The notes: a model not told the origin generated them from the letters alone. A DNA stretch of 64,000 nt from an uncultured Gammaproteobacteria bacterium (GCA_964415615.1 CAYQAW010000005.1:1902-65901); one strand, 5' to 3'. Positions 39,028 to 49,111 are shown, counted from the first letter of the stretch. Program-made: numbers and translations.

Positions 39028-41391
39028 ATGCCCCAAAAGTACACTTTACTTTTTGAAGAAGTAAATATTGATGATGTTACTGAAGTAGGTGGTAAAAATG
39101 CTTCTTTAGGGGAGATGATCCAGCAGTTAAAGGATATTAGAATTCCTAGCGGATTCGTAGTGACTGCTACTGCGTATAAACAGTTCCTTGCAGAAACAGG
39201 ACTTGATAAGTATATTAGCGAACAGCTAAAAGATCTAAATACTAGAAATTTAAAAGACTTACAAATAAAGGGTAAAAACATTAGAGAAAAGATTATTAGT
39301 ACTTCTTTTCCTGATGAGTTAAATCAAGCAATCCAATCTGCTTTCGAGGCAACTGAAAAAAGATATGGCAAAGGAGCAGATTTTGCAGTCAGGTCTTCTG
39401 CTACAGCTGAAGATTTGCCAGAAGCTTCATTTGCAGGAGAGCATGAAACTTATTTAAACATTAGAGGGTTGGAAAATATTTTGAGAGCCATTAAAGCAGC
39501 AATGGCTTCACTTTTTACCAATAGGGCTATATCTTACAGGGTAGATAAAGGATTTAATCATTTGAAGGTTTATCTATCTGTGGGAGTACAAAAAATGGCC
39601 AGATCAGATTTAGGTTGTTCTGGAGTAATGTTTTCTCTGGATACTGAAACAGGTTTTTCTAATGTGGTATTAATCAATTCTTCCTGGGGTTTAGGAGAGA
39701 TGATAGTTCAGGGTGAGGTTACTCCTGATGAGTTTTTAGTCTTTAAAAAAACTGCTACCATTATTGATAAAAAATTAGGAGTTAAGAATAAGAAAATGAT
39801 TTATGGAAGTGATGCTCCTACAAAAATTGTGCAAACTTCAGAAAAAGAAAAACAAACACTTACTCTTTCAGATAAAGAAATTCTAACACTTGCCAGATGG
39901 GCTATGAAAATTGAAGATCATTACAGCAAGAAAAAAGGCAAATGGACACCTATGGATATGGAGTGGGCAAAGGATGGTATTGATAATAGACTCTATATTA
40001 TCCAAGCCAGGCCTGAAACTATTCATGCAGTCAGGGATTTATCTAAGCTTAAAGAATATATATTAGAAGAAACTGGAGAAAAAATAGTAAGTGGCGCATC
40101 AGTGGGAAGCAAGATTGCAACAGGTAGGGCAAGAATTATCTTTGATCCCAAAGATATTGAGGAATTCAAAGAAGGGGAAGTTTTAATTACTAAAATGACA
40201 GATCCTGATTGGGAGCCAATTATGAAGATTGCTTCAGCAATTGTTACTGATCAAGGAGGAAGGACTTCACATGCAGCAATAGTTTCAAGGGAACTGGGGA
40301 TTCCAGCAATTGTTGGTTGTATTGATGCCACAACTAAAATTAAAAACGGACAGGATTTAACTGTTGATTGCTCCCAGGATTTAGGTACAGTTTATAAAGG
40401 CAAATTAAAGTTTAAAATTGTCGAGCACGATACTAAAAATATTCCTCAAACAAAAACTCATATTATGATGAATATTGCAACACCTCAGACAGCTTTTGAA
40501 AAATCTTTTTTACCAAATGAAGGGGTAGGACTTGCCAGGGAAGAATTTATTATTACCTCAGAAATTGGGATTCATCCTCTGGCTTTAATAAATTATGAAA
40601 AATTACCAAAACTGCTACAGAAAAAAATTGATAAAGTTACTGTTGGGTATTCTGATAAAAAGCAATTTTATGTTGATAGATTAGCTTACGGTGTTGCTAA
40701 AATCTCAGCTGCTTTTTTCCCAAATCCAGTTATTGTCCGTTTTTCTGATTTTAAAACTAATGAATACAGATCACTTTTAGGAGGATATTTATTTGAGCCA
40801 AATGAAGAAAATCCTATGATTGGTTGGAGAGGGGCCTCTAGATATTATTCTCCAGATTTTGCTCCTGCTTTTGTATTAGAGCTTGAAGCTATTAAAAAGG
40901 TAATTGGAGAAATGAGTTTAACAAATACTGTAGTGATGGTGCCTTTTTGCAGGACTCCAGAAGAAGGTAAAAAAGTTTTAGATTTGATGGAAAAAAATGG
41001 AGTTTCAAAAAAAGAGTTTAAAGATTTAAAAGTTTATGTGATGTGTGAAATTCCTGCTAATGTAATAATTGCTGATGAGTTTTTGCAAGTGTTTGATGGG
41101 ATGAGTATTGGCAGCAATGATTTAACACAGCTTACTTTAGGTATTGATAGGGATGGAAATGAAAAAATAAAAGGCATCTCTAATGAAAATGATCCAGCTG
41201 TTAAAGAATTAATCAGGCAGGTAATCAAGAAATGTAAAGCAAAAGGAAAATATATAGGTATCTGTGGTCAAGCCCCTTCTGATTATCCAGACTTTGTAAA
41301 GTTTTTGGTAGAAGAAGGTATAGATAGTATGTCTTTAAATCCTGACTCCATCATTAAAACTATACTTGCTGTGCATAAATTGGAATCTTGA
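39028..41391 (+). CDS. ppsA: Phosphoenolpyruvate synthase
   Basis: VGGKNASLGEM, RSSATAED, TSHAAIVSRE and SIGSNDLTQ motifs. Confidence 0.97.
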   Translation: MPQKYTLLFEEVNIDDVTEVGGKNASLGEMIQQLKDIRIPSGFVVTATAYKQFLAETGLDKYISEQLKDLNTRNLKDLQIKGKNIREKIISTSFPDELNQAIQSAFEATEKRYGKGADFAVRSSATAEDLPEASFAGEHETYLNIRGLENILRAIKAAMASLFTNRAISYRVDKGFNHLKVYLSVGVQKMARSDLGCSGVMFSLDTETGFSNVVLINSSWGLGEMIVQGEVTPDEFLVFKKTATIIDKKLGVKNKKMIYGSDAPTKIVQTSEKEKQTLTLSDKEILTLARWAMKIEDHYSKKKGKWTPMDMEWAKDGIDNRLYIIQARPETIHAVRDLSKLKEYILEETGEKIVSGASVGSKIATGRARIIFDPKDIEEFKEGEVLITKMTDPDWEPIMKIASAIVTDQGGRTSHAAIVSRELGIPAIVGCIDATTKIKNGQDLTVDCSQDLGTVYKGKLKFKIVEHDTKNIPQTKTHIMMNIATPQTAFEKSFLPNEGVGLAREEFIITSEIGIHPLALINYEKLPKLLQKKIDKVTVGYSDKKQFYVDRLAYGVAKISAAFFPNPVIVRFSDFKTNEYRSLLGGYLFEPNEENPMIGWRGASRYYSPDFAPAFVLELEAIKKVIGEMSLTNTVVMVPFCRTPEEGKKVLDLMEKNGVSKKEFKDLKVYVMCEIPANVIIADEFLQVFDGMSIGSNDLTQLTLGIDRDGNEKIKGISNENDPAVKELIRQVIKKCKAKGKYIGICGQAPSDYPDFVKFLVEEGIDSMSLNPDSIIKTILAVHKLES

Positions 41392-41416
41392 CAATGTAAT
41401 ACAAATGTAATACAAT
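41388..41416 (+). promoter_or_regulatory. Promoter/operator of BrnT-BrnA-like TA pair
   Basis: TTGACA-17-TACAAT overlapping two TGTAATACA palindromic boxes. Confidence 0.6.
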
Positions 41417-41417
41417 A

Positions 41418-41696
41418 TTGACCAGAATAGTAATTAGAAAATTGATTTGGGATGATTGGAATGTTGAACATATTAAGAAGCATAATGTTATACAGTCTGA
41501 AGTCGAGGAAGTAGCTAAAAATATTGTAACTCATCGGAAATCTAAGCTAGGTAGATATCTAATAATTGGGAGAAGTGGTTCAAGAATAATATCTGTAGCT
41601 ATTAGTAGAAAAGAAATTGGAGTTTACTATCCAGTTACAGCAAGAGATTCAGCCAGAAAAGAAAGGAGGCTAGTGTATGAAAAAGAAAAAATTTAA
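41418..41696 (+). CDS. BrnT-like toxin
   Basis: IWDDWNVEHIKKHNV..EVEE..YLIIG..VTARD motifs. Confidence 0.85.
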   Translation: MTRIVIRKLIWDDWNVEHIKKHNVIQSEVEEVAKNIVTHRKSKLGRYLIIGRSGSRIISVAISRKEIGVYYPVTARDSARKERRLVYEKEKI

Positions 41697-41952
41697 ATTT
41701 CCTGATTTTAATAAAATGACTTATGAAGAAGAAGCAAATTGGTGGGATACCCATGATTGGGGAGAGTTTTGGGATGAACTTGAGGAAGTTGATATAGTAG
41801 TGGATCTCCACAAGCCTAAAGATGAAACTATCATAGTGAGGTTGCAAAAACAATTTAAGGATAAACTGGCAAAAGTTGCTAAATCAAAGGGTTTAAATAT
41901 GTCTGCCTTGGCGCGTCTGTGGTTAATGGAAAAACTCCAATCCAGCCACTAA
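41677..41952 (+). CDS. CopG/BrnA-type antitoxin
   Basis: EEEANWWDTHD start; RHH C-terminus AKSKGLNMSALARLWLMEKL. Confidence 0.85.
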   Translation: MKKKKFKFPDFNKMTYEEEANWWDTHDWGEFWDELEEVDIVVDLHKPKDETIIVRLQKQFKDKLAKVAKSKGLNMSALARLWLMEKLQSSH

Positions 41953-41957
41953 GACTT

Positions 41958-41994
41958 TACCAATTTGTAACGATCGGTCAATTTAGCTAAAGTT
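41958..41994 (-). repeat. CGATCG-cored site, copy C
   Basis: Reverse complement aactttagctaaattgaccgatcgttacaaattggta is 29/37 identical to copy A. Confidence 0.75.
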
Positions 41995-42032
41995 CAATCT
42001 GTTCAAGAATATATATCCTATTCTACATACCA

Positions 42033-42066
42033 TTGACTTTTGTACGAAAGTGTACTAATATGTACA
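42033..42066 (+). promoter_or_regulatory. Promoter/operator of Phd-PIN pair
   Basis: TTGACT followed by three TGTAC boxes at 10-bp spacing (42041, 42051, 42061). Confidence 0.55.
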
Positions 42067-42069
42067 TAT

Positions 42070-42366
42070 ATGACACAAGTAATGAAAGCATCTGAAGCCA
42101 GGCAACAATGGTCTCAGTTGCTAAATAACGTATTCCGTAATCAGGCTAGGGTAGTAGTTGAAAAGAGCGGTATTCCCATCGCAGCTGTAATTTCAACTGG
42201 AGAGTTAAAGCGTTTTATTCAGTTAGAAGAACAGAGAAAAAAGCATTTCAAAGCTTTGGATAGAATGAGAGCAGCGTTTAAAGATGTTCCTGCCAAAAAG
42301 TTAGAGCAAGAGATTAGTAAAGCTTTAGCTGAAGTTAGATTGGAAAAACGAAAACAACTAAAGTGA
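42070..42366 (+). CDS. Phd/YefM family antitoxin
   Basis: ASEARQQWSQLLN..VVVEKSGIPIAAVIS signature. Confidence 0.88.
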   Translation: MTQVMKASEARQQWSQLLNNVFRNQARVVVEKSGIPIAAVISTGELKRFIQLEEQRKKHFKALDRMRAAFKDVPAKKLEQEISKALAEVRLEKRKQLK

Positions 42367-42608
42367 TTTCAGCAGTTTTGGATACTAATGTTTTGGCATC
42401 AGGTACTATAAGTTATTCAACTCCTCCAGGACAAATACTAAATGCTTGGCGCAATGGTAAGTTTGAACTATTAAGCGCCAAAGCAAGTTATTTCATAACA
42501 GGGGATGGGTCGTTGCTCCGTAGAGTTGGCCCAATTTATAAAGGAGTGACTTTTCTTAGTCCTGGGGATTTTGTTAAGATACTCAAAGGAAGGATTAATG
42601 AAAATTGA
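42363..42608 (+). pseudogene. PIN-family toxin with in-frame internal deletion
   Basis: AVLDTNVLASG start joined almost directly to AKASYFITGD end; 81 aa, central acidic residues missing. Confidence 0.75.
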
Positions 42609-43773
42609 GGATATAAAGCTTAAGGTTATTTCTGATTCCAGAGGACAAGATACGCTAGAGGCTACATTAAAATCTGGAGGTTTTGCGTCTATTGCTTCTG
42701 TTCCTGCTGGAAAGAGTAAAGGAAAATTTGAAACAACTTCTATTGAGCCAAGTTTGGCCATCAGTAAATTTGAAGAGATAAAACAAGAAATCTTAAGCAA
42801 AGATTTTTCCTCAGTTTCAGATCTTGATGACCTCTTAATAGAGTTAGATGGAACTGATGATAAATCTAATCTCGGAGGGAATTTAATTTTAGTTTTATCA
42901 ATTGCTTTTACCAAACTTTTAGCAAAGATAAATAATCTGCAAACATATCAGCTAATTGGGCAAATATTAGGGAAGGATAATAAAAAGTTTCCTTATCTTT
43001 ACTTTAATTTAATAGGAGGAGGGTTACATGCCCAGAATAGCTTGCCTTTTCAGGAATATATCCTGGTTACAAAATTTGATTCCCCTGCGAAAGGGTTACG
43101 ATTTGCTCAGGATATGGTAGGAAAATTAGGAGAAGATATAGCAAAAAATTTTGGAGAAATAAGAAGAGGAGATGAGGGAGCCTATACTATAAGAAGTGAT
43201 GATCCAGAGTTAGGTCTTAAGGTATTGCAAGGAAATCTAGAAGAGACAGAGGTAAGTTTAGCTCTGGACGTCGCAGCCTCAACTTTTTTCCAGAATGGCT
43301 CTTATAACATAGGAGATAAAATCATGAGTAGAGTTGATTTACTTTCCTACTATGAACTACTTACTACCAACTATAAACTCTTATCTATAGAAGATCCTTT
43401 TTCTGAAAATGATATAGAAGGATTTATTGAAATTTGTCAAAAATTTAAAGGGTCTTTGTGGGTTATTGCAGATGATTTAACAGTTACCAATCCAAAGTTA
43501 ATTAAAAAAGCTGGCAAGGAAAAGGCTGCTTCTGGAATTATAATAAAACCGAACCAAATAGGTTCTGTGTCAGAAACTCTTGAGGCTGTAAGGTTGGCGC
43601 AGAGTTTTGGGTGGAAGATAATTGTTTCTCATAGATCGGGAGAAACTATGGATGATTTTATTGCTGACTTGGCTTTTGGAGTAGGAGCAGACGGATTAAA
43701 GAGTGGTGCTCCAACACAACCACAAAGATTGGTAAAATATGAAAGATTGATGGAAATAGAAAGGAGTATCTAA
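42598..43773 (+). CDS. eno: Enolase
   Basis: DSRG, LGGN, GDEG, KPNQIG and SHRSGET motifs. Confidence 0.93.
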   Translation: MKIEDIKLKVISDSRGQDTLEATLKSGGFASIASVPAGKSKGKFETTSIEPSLAISKFEEIKQEILSKDFSSVSDLDDLLIELDGTDDKSNLGGNLILVLSIAFTKLLAKINNLQTYQLIGQILGKDNKKFPYLYFNLIGGGLHAQNSLPFQEYILVTKFDSPAKGLRFAQDMVGKLGEDIAKNFGEIRRGDEGAYTIRSDDPELGLKVLQGNLEETEVSLALDVAASTFFQNGSYNIGDKIMSRVDLLSYYELLTTNYKLLSIEDPFSENDIEGFIEICQKFKGSLWVIADDLTVTNPKLIKKAGKEKAASGIIIKPNQIGSVSETLEAVRLAQSFGWKIIVSHRSGETMDDFIADLAFGVGADGLKSGAPTQPQRLVKYERLMEIERSI

Positions 43774-43774
43774 T

Positions 43775-44389
43775 ATGGCTTATTTAGTCTTAGTTAGACA
43801 TGGGGAGTCAACCTGGAATGCCAAAGGAATTTGGACAGGAATTACGGATATAGAGTTAACTGAAAAAGGCAGGCAAGAGGCTAGAATTGCGGCAAAAGTA
43901 ATTGCTGATATTAATTTCCAAGCTGCATTTGTTTCTCCTTTAAAAAGATCAGAAGAGACTTTGCAAGAAATGGAGAAAATTTGGGGAGTAAAATTGCCTA
44001 GATTAATAAGTGAAGCTATAACTGAAAGAGACTATGGAGATTATACTGGTAAAAATAAATGGCAAGTTAAAAAAGAAATAGGCGATGAAGCTTTTTTGAA
44101 GCTCCGTAGAAGTTGGGATTACCCTGTGCCAAATGGTGAATCCTTAAAACAGGTTTATCAAAGAGCTGTTCCTTACTACCAGGAACAAATTTTACCTAAA
44201 TTAAAGATGGGTAAAAATGTGGTGGTTTCAGCTCATGGTAATTCTTTGAGGGCTTTGGTCAAATTTCTAGATAATATTTCTGATGCAGATATTGCCAACC
44301 TAGAAATCCCCACTGGTCAGGTAATAGTTTATTCAATTGATCAGGAAGGAAAAATTACCTCTAAAGAAATTAGAGGACCTCTTACATAA
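43775..44389 (+). CDS. gpmA: 2,3-BPG-dependent phosphoglycerate mutase
   Basis: RHGES, ERDYG and AHGNSLRAL motifs. Confidence 0.95.
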   Translation: MAYLVLVRHGESTWNAKGIWTGITDIELTEKGRQEARIAAKVIADINFQAAFVSPLKRSEETLQEMEKIWGVKLPRLISEAITERDYGDYTGKNKWQVKKEIGDEAFLKLRRSWDYPVPNGESLKQVYQRAVPYYQEQILPKLKMGKNVVVSAHGNSLRALVKFLDNISDADIANLEIPTGQVIVYSIDQEGKITSKEIRGPLT

Positions 44390-44480
44390 CTCTTCTGAGT
44401 TTTTCATCCAAAACAAGATCAAAAGGAGGTGGGTATATGCCTAAATTTGGATTTTTATCATATAATACTGCAAGAGATAT

Positions 44481-45413
44481 ATGGAGAATGATTTTACTGT
44501 CGGTTTAAGATTGAGGCATCAGAGAGATAGAAGAAAAAAACTGATCAGAGCTGGAATATTTATTTTTGTAGGAGTGATCAGCATATATCTGATTTTTAAT
44601 CAGTTTAATAAGACAAATAATTCAACTACTAAAAATACTCAGGTCAAAATTAGCTCTTTGGAAGAAACTGTAGGTAATGCTTTGGAAGGAACAAAAGGAA
44701 CTTATGCAATTGCTGTAAAGAATTTAAAAACAGGTGAAAAATATTATTTAGATGAACATAGAGTTTTTGAGACAGGAAGTCTTTATAAGTTATGGATTAT
44801 GGCAGTAGTTTACCAGCAAATTCAGAATGGGCAGTTAACCGAAGATCAGGTTTTAAGTGAAGACGTAGCTACTTTGAATGATAAATTTAATATTGATTCG
44901 GATTCTGCGGAGCTGACAGAAGGAACAATCACATTTACAGTCCGTGATGCCCTAAATCAAATGATTACTATTTCTCACAATTATGCTGCTTTACTTTTAA
45001 CAGAGCAAATAAAATTATCTTCTGTGGCCACTTTCTTAAAAGATAAAGGTTTTTCCGAGTCAATAGTGGGAACTAATGGCGAGTCTCCAACAGCTACAGC
45101 TTCTGATATAGCCCTTTTTTATGAAAAGTTATACAAAGGTGAACTAGCCAATAAACAATACACAGACGAAATGATCGGTTTGTTAAAAAACCAGCAACTT
45201 AATGATGGCTTACCTAAATATATATCAGATAAGTCAATGGTTGCCAGTAAAACTGGGGATATTGGTTGGTTTAAACATGATGCAGGGATAGTTTTTACAG
45301 ATAGAGGAGATTACATCATAGTAATTATGTCTGAAAGTGATAATCCTCAAGCTGCCCAAGAGAGAATAGCCTTAGTTTCCAAAGCAGTTTTTGATTATTT
45401 TGCAAACAAATAG
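44481..45413 (+). CDS. Class A beta-lactamase-like serine hydrolase, membrane anchored
   Basis: SLYK, SHN and KTG motifs; N-terminal TM helix. Confidence 0.88.
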   Translation: MENDFTVGLRLRHQRDRRKKLIRAGIFIFVGVISIYLIFNQFNKTNNSTTKNTQVKISSLEETVGNALEGTKGTYAIAVKNLKTGEKYYLDEHRVFETGSLYKLWIMAVVYQQIQNGQLTEDQVLSEDVATLNDKFNIDSDSAELTEGTITFTVRDALNQMITISHNYAALLLTEQIKLSSVATFLKDKGFSESIVGTNGESPTATASDIALFYEKLYKGELANKQYTDEMIGLLKNQQLNDGLPKYISDKSMVASKTGDIGWFKHDAGIVFTDRGDYIIVIMSESDNPQAAQERIALVSKAVFDYFANK

Positions 45414-46441
45414 TCCTGGTAAAAATTAAGACTTCGAGAAACTGCGCCTGCCCAACCATTGGGTTGTAAATTATGATCTGCGCCAGGATATGTAAAATAT
45501 GTTACATCAACCTTATCTTTTTTGAGTGTTTTAACAAGATTATCAGACCACCATACAGGTACTTCCTGGTCTGCTGCACCTTGATTTATTTCTATGGGTG
45601 CTTTGATCCATTGGTAATAATTGATAGGGGAAAATTGCTCAGTATCATAATCCTGCTCGAAATTTGCAAGAGCTTTACGTAATGCTTTACCTTGATCATC
45701 AGATTCGTCTGTGTAATATAAAATAGAATAAGGGAAGGATTTTGAGACCGGTGCCCACAGTACTGTTGGGTATGGCAGCCCGCTTATAGCCAGAGTTGAC
45801 AACGCAATTTGTCCACCATTGCTGTGTCCCCAGATACCAACTTTTTCTATATCAGCTTTAATTTTTCCTGAATAGCTGGCTTCTAAACCAGCATTGAGTG
45901 TTGGCAGTGATGATAAAAGTGTCAAAGCAGTTGTGTAGGTTTGTAATCTATCCTCAAATCCATTAGCAGAGGCATTATCTGACTGCCCATATCCTAAAAA
46001 ATCTGCAGCCAATGTAATAAACCCGTTTTGGGCAAAGACTTTAGCTGAAGGCTGCGTACCAATGCCTGACTTGTAGGTTTCTTTTGGCACAAAACCGCGG
46101 AACATGATAATAACTGGGTATGTGCCAGGTTTTATTGGTAGATTAAGCACTCCGCTCACTTTTTTCATAGTTGTGCTACCAGGAGTTTGGGGAATTGAGA
46201 AATAAAATATCTGTGAAAGAAAATTAGGATTTTCCTGAGTTTCACTGACTTTGTGACCAACTGTTATTTGAGTTTGGGGGAATTTAGTTTGCCTAAGATT
46301 TTCAAAGGTATAAGCCAATAAGGGTTTGGGTTTGGGAGCTGTTTGTATAAGGGGAGACAAGAGGGGTTGTTTTGGATTTAGAAAATAAATAAATATTACT
46401 AAGGCAACTGGGATTAAAATAATAAATATTATTTTTTTCAT
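45395..46441 (-). CDS. Secreted alpha/beta hydrolase (S9-like)
   Basis: GHSNGG nucleophile elbow, DQEVP and ADHN triad residues. Confidence 0.88.
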   Translation of the reverse strand: MKKIIFIILIPVALVIFIYFLNPKQPLLSPLIQTAPKPKPLLAYTFENLRQTKFPQTQITVGHKVSETQENPNFLSQIFYFSIPQTPGSTTMKKVSGVLNLPIKPGTYPVIIMFRGFVPKETYKSGIGTQPSAKVFAQNGFITLAADFLGYGQSDNASANGFEDRLQTYTTALTLLSSLPTLNAGLEASYSGKIKADIEKVGIWGHSNGGQIALSTLAISGLPYPTVLWAPVSKSFPYSILYYTDESDDQGKALRKALANFEQDYDTEQFSPINYYQWIKAPIEINQGAADQEVPVWWSDNLVKTLKKDKVDVTYFTYPGADHNLQPNGWAGAVSRSLNFYQDYLFAK

Positions 46442-46468
46442 ATAAGTAAGTATTATAATATTTTAGAT

Positions 46469-47596
46469 ATGCAAAAAGTATTGATAGCTTTGGTTGGAAT
46501 AATAATTGGGGTTTTAGGTACTTATCTTATTGCCTCACATATAATTTCCGTACCTCTTATTAGTCCGCAAAAGCAAGTGATTGGATTTTTGCCATATTGG
46601 TTGCTGGACAAAATGGACAAAGATTATTCAAAATTTATTACCACACTTGCTTATTTCAGTTTGACTATTGATACAGATGGAAGCATATTAAAACTAAGCA
46701 GCCCCCAAGAGACAGAACCAGGTTGGAATGCTCTTAAATCAGGAAAGTTAGATGTTATTTTTAGTAATATGACCAAAAATAGAGTTAAGCTATCACTGGT
46801 GGTCTTTGCAGGTGATGAGCAGTCAATATATTCTCTAATAGATGATCCTATACCACATGCTAAAAACTTAGTTGATGCAGTTGCTCCAGTTATGAAGCAA
46901 TATTCTTTTTCTGATCTTAATTTAGATATAGAAAGCTCGAAAGAGGCATCGGAGGAGGCAAGATTGAAGTTTACTCAATTTATTAGAGAGGTCAAAAATG
47001 GTTTGGACAAAAATCAGTTAGGAACACTGACTGTAGATGTAAGTCCAACAATTTTTATTAAGAAATATTTAATTGATCCAAATAGCATTGGTTCTATTGC
47101 TGATTATATATTGATAATGGGTTATGACTATCATTATCCAGGATCACTTGTTACAGGGCCAGTTGCGCCATTATATGGAGCAGGCAGCATTGCAGAATTT
47201 GATACTAATGTTCCGGTGCAACTTGCTTTAAAAATTATTCCCAAACAAAAAATAATATTAGGATTACCTTTGTATGGTTATGAATGGGAAACTATAACTA
47301 ATTTTCCCAGATCAGCTACTATTCCAGCTTCCTCTCTTATTTCCAGTAATAGAAGAGTAGAGCAGTTTTTAAAATCTTGTGCAACCTGCAGCGCTCAGGT
47401 AGATAATGTGGCAAAGGAGCAATATTTGATCTACAGGGATGCTGAAACAGGCACATATCATCAGGTTTTCTATCCAGATAAACAGTCAATGATAGATAAA
47501 GTCAGCTTTACCAAGGAGGTTGATTTAGGTGGTATTGGTCTTTGGGCATTAGGGTATGAGGGATCTACAATCTTGGAAGGGTTATCTCCCTGGTGA
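46469..47596 (+). CDS. Glycoside hydrolase family 18 protein
   Basis: DLNLDIE, MGYDYH and GIGLWALGYE motifs. Confidence 0.9.
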   Translation: MQKVLIALVGIIIGVLGTYLIASHIISVPLISPQKQVIGFLPYWLLDKMDKDYSKFITTLAYFSLTIDTDGSILKLSSPQETEPGWNALKSGKLDVIFSNMTKNRVKLSLVVFAGDEQSIYSLIDDPIPHAKNLVDAVAPVMKQYSFSDLNLDIESSKEASEEARLKFTQFIREVKNGLDKNQLGTLTVDVSPTIFIKKYLIDPNSIGSIADYILIMGYDYHYPGSLVTGPVAPLYGAGSIAEFDTNVPVQLALKIIPKQKIILGLPLYGYEWETITNFPRSATIPASSLISSNRRVEQFLKSCATCSAQVDNVAKEQYLIYRDAETGTYHQVFYPDKQSMIDKVSFTKEVDLGGIGLWALGYEGSTILEGLSPW

Positions 47597-48191
47597 GATC
47601 GTTAAAAATTAGCTGTTTTCCTTCATTTATTGTGACTTCCTGGCTGATATTTTCTGCATCATTGTAAGCTATTGTTGCCTCTCCTTTTTTAATATTAATA
47701 GTAATATGAGGTTTATCTTTGCTTATTGAAACAATCATATCTCCTGAAGTTTGCTGTATTAAAAGATGCAGTACTCTTGCAGATATATTTTCTTTTCCTA
47801 ATTTTTGATATTGTACTGAACCTTTGCTTTGAACAAGGACTATATTTGCAGGTAAAGTTTGGGCAAAGTTGATTTGTGAGTCTGGAGAAATTTTTATCAG
47901 GGAAACACCAGGAAATTCTATGGTTAGCTTACCAGTGTAGTCAGTTTCTATTTGTTCTCCTTGCTGGATAAATGTTGGTAAATTTACCCGGGCAGCCTCA
48001 GTTGCCATTCTTGATTGCCATTTAATAATACCAGAAAAAGTAGCAATTTTCCCCTGCAGTGATTCAGTCGGGGCTTTTTGCAGGCTGAATGAAGTTTGAG
48101 TTGATTTTTGTTTAGTGAGTTTAACAAAAGAAATCATTAATATGCTACCTAAGATAATTGAGAAGATAAATATAATAATGTAGGTCTTCAT
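47565..48191 (-). CDS. FecR-like domain membrane protein
   Basis: N-terminal TM; QGEQIETD..LTIEF..LIKISPDSQI pattern. Confidence 0.6.
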   Translation of the reverse strand: MKTYIIIFIFSIILGSILMISFVKLTKQKSTQTSFSLQKAPTESLQGKIATFSGIIKWQSRMATEAARVNLPTFIQQGEQIETDYTGKLTIEFPGVSLIKISPDSQINFAQTLPANIVLVQSKGSVQYQKLGKENISARVLHLLIQQTSGDMIVSISKDKPHITINIKKGEATIAYNDAENISQEVTINEGKQLIFNDLTREITLPRL

Positions 48192-48281
48192 CAGTGCCAG
48201 TTTTCCTTATGATATCATTTTTTCTGTTGTTGACTCCTTACTTAATCAAGATATATATTTAATTATAGGGGGTGGTAAAGT

Positions 48282-48473
48282 ATAAAACTTAATAGTTTTC
48301 TTAAAATTTCAGGTTTCATATTTTCAGCAAAGGCTGTTTTCGGAGTACTTTATTTGCTTTTAGGCTGGCAGGCTACTATAGCAGGGTGGGTTATACCAGT
48401 ATGGTTAGTGGCAGTGGCAGTTGTGGCAGATGCGCTTCTAGCCAGCGCAGCATTTAATTTTGTAAAAAAGTAA
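48282..48473 (+). CDS. Small two-TM membrane protein, absent from ORF track (ATA start)
   Basis: 63-codon open frame IKLNSFLKISGFIFS..LGWQATIAGWVIPVWL.. behind GGGGGTGGT SD. Confidence 0.6.
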   Translation: MKLNSFLKISGFIFSAKAVFGVLYLLLGWQATIAGWVIPVWLVAVAVVADALLASAAFNFVKK

Positions 48474-48502
48474 CTTTTTGACTGAAAATATGGTATTCTA
48501 AA

Positions 48503-49042
48503 ATGATGGATGATAAACAGGATATTTGCCCAAAATGTAGTTCTCCTTTATCTGAAGTTACAGAAACTTCAACAGGAAAAAAACTGCAGCGTTGCAGTAA
48601 GGGTTTTTGGAATAAGGAAACACACAAAAATGAAGGTTGCGAGTATGTAAAATGGCTTGCAGTTGAGCCAAAAGAGTTGGATGAAAAGTGCCCCAAGTGT
48701 GGATCTCATTTAATGCTGCAAGTTACCCGTTTTGGTAAAAAGATGAAGAAATGCTCAACTGGAGGTTGGGATAAAGAAGCTAAAAAGGCTACAGGTTGTG
48801 ACTTCGTTGAGTGGATTAATGGAAGCAGTGAGCCTTTAGATTTGGATTGTCCGGATTGTGGAAAGAAATTAGTGCTTTTTACAACTTCTTCCGGTAAAAA
48901 GATGGAAAAATGCTCAACAGCTGGTTGGGATGCTGCAGCAAGACTTGCTACAGGCTGTGCTTATATCAGATGGTTAAAACCAGGAGAAGTGCCAGTCAGC
49001 AGCGCTGGAGAAGAATTTCTTTCTCCAGAACCAAAGATTTAG
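48503..49042 (+). CDS. Stand-alone topoisomerase-I-type C4 zinc-finger repeat protein
   Basis: Three CPxC..GKK..CS..W..GCxYxxW repeats. Confidence 0.85.
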   Translation: MMDDKQDICPKCSSPLSEVTETSTGKKLQRCSKGFWNKETHKNEGCEYVKWLAVEPKELDEKCPKCGSHLMLQVTRFGKKMKKCSTGGWDKEAKKATGCDFVEWINGSSEPLDLDCPDCGKKLVLFTTSSGKKMEKCSTAGWDAAARLATGCAYIRWLKPGEVPVSSAGEEFLSPEPKI

Positions 49043-49074
49043 AAATTATTAAATAGTACAAAATATTAACTTCC

Positions 49075-49111
49075 TGATATAATCTCCAAGTATGAGTTTA
49101 AGTGTAGGAAT
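49075..49111 (+). other. Left junction: orphaned native ychF promoter and first codons
   Basis: TGnTATAAT (49075-49083), then ATG AGT TTA AGT GTA GGA AT = MSLSVG(I), matching ychF MSLRVGI at 51836. Confidence 0.8.

Noticed and set aside
44421-44508. Short ORF after strong SD AAAAGGAGGTGG
   Set aside because: About 23 codons overlapping the next gene; probably a gene-start remnant with no further support.
44481-45413. Bona fide antibiotic-resistance beta-lactamase
   Set aside because: Membrane-anchored, divergent family member among cell-surface hydrolases; activity cannot be inferred from motifs.
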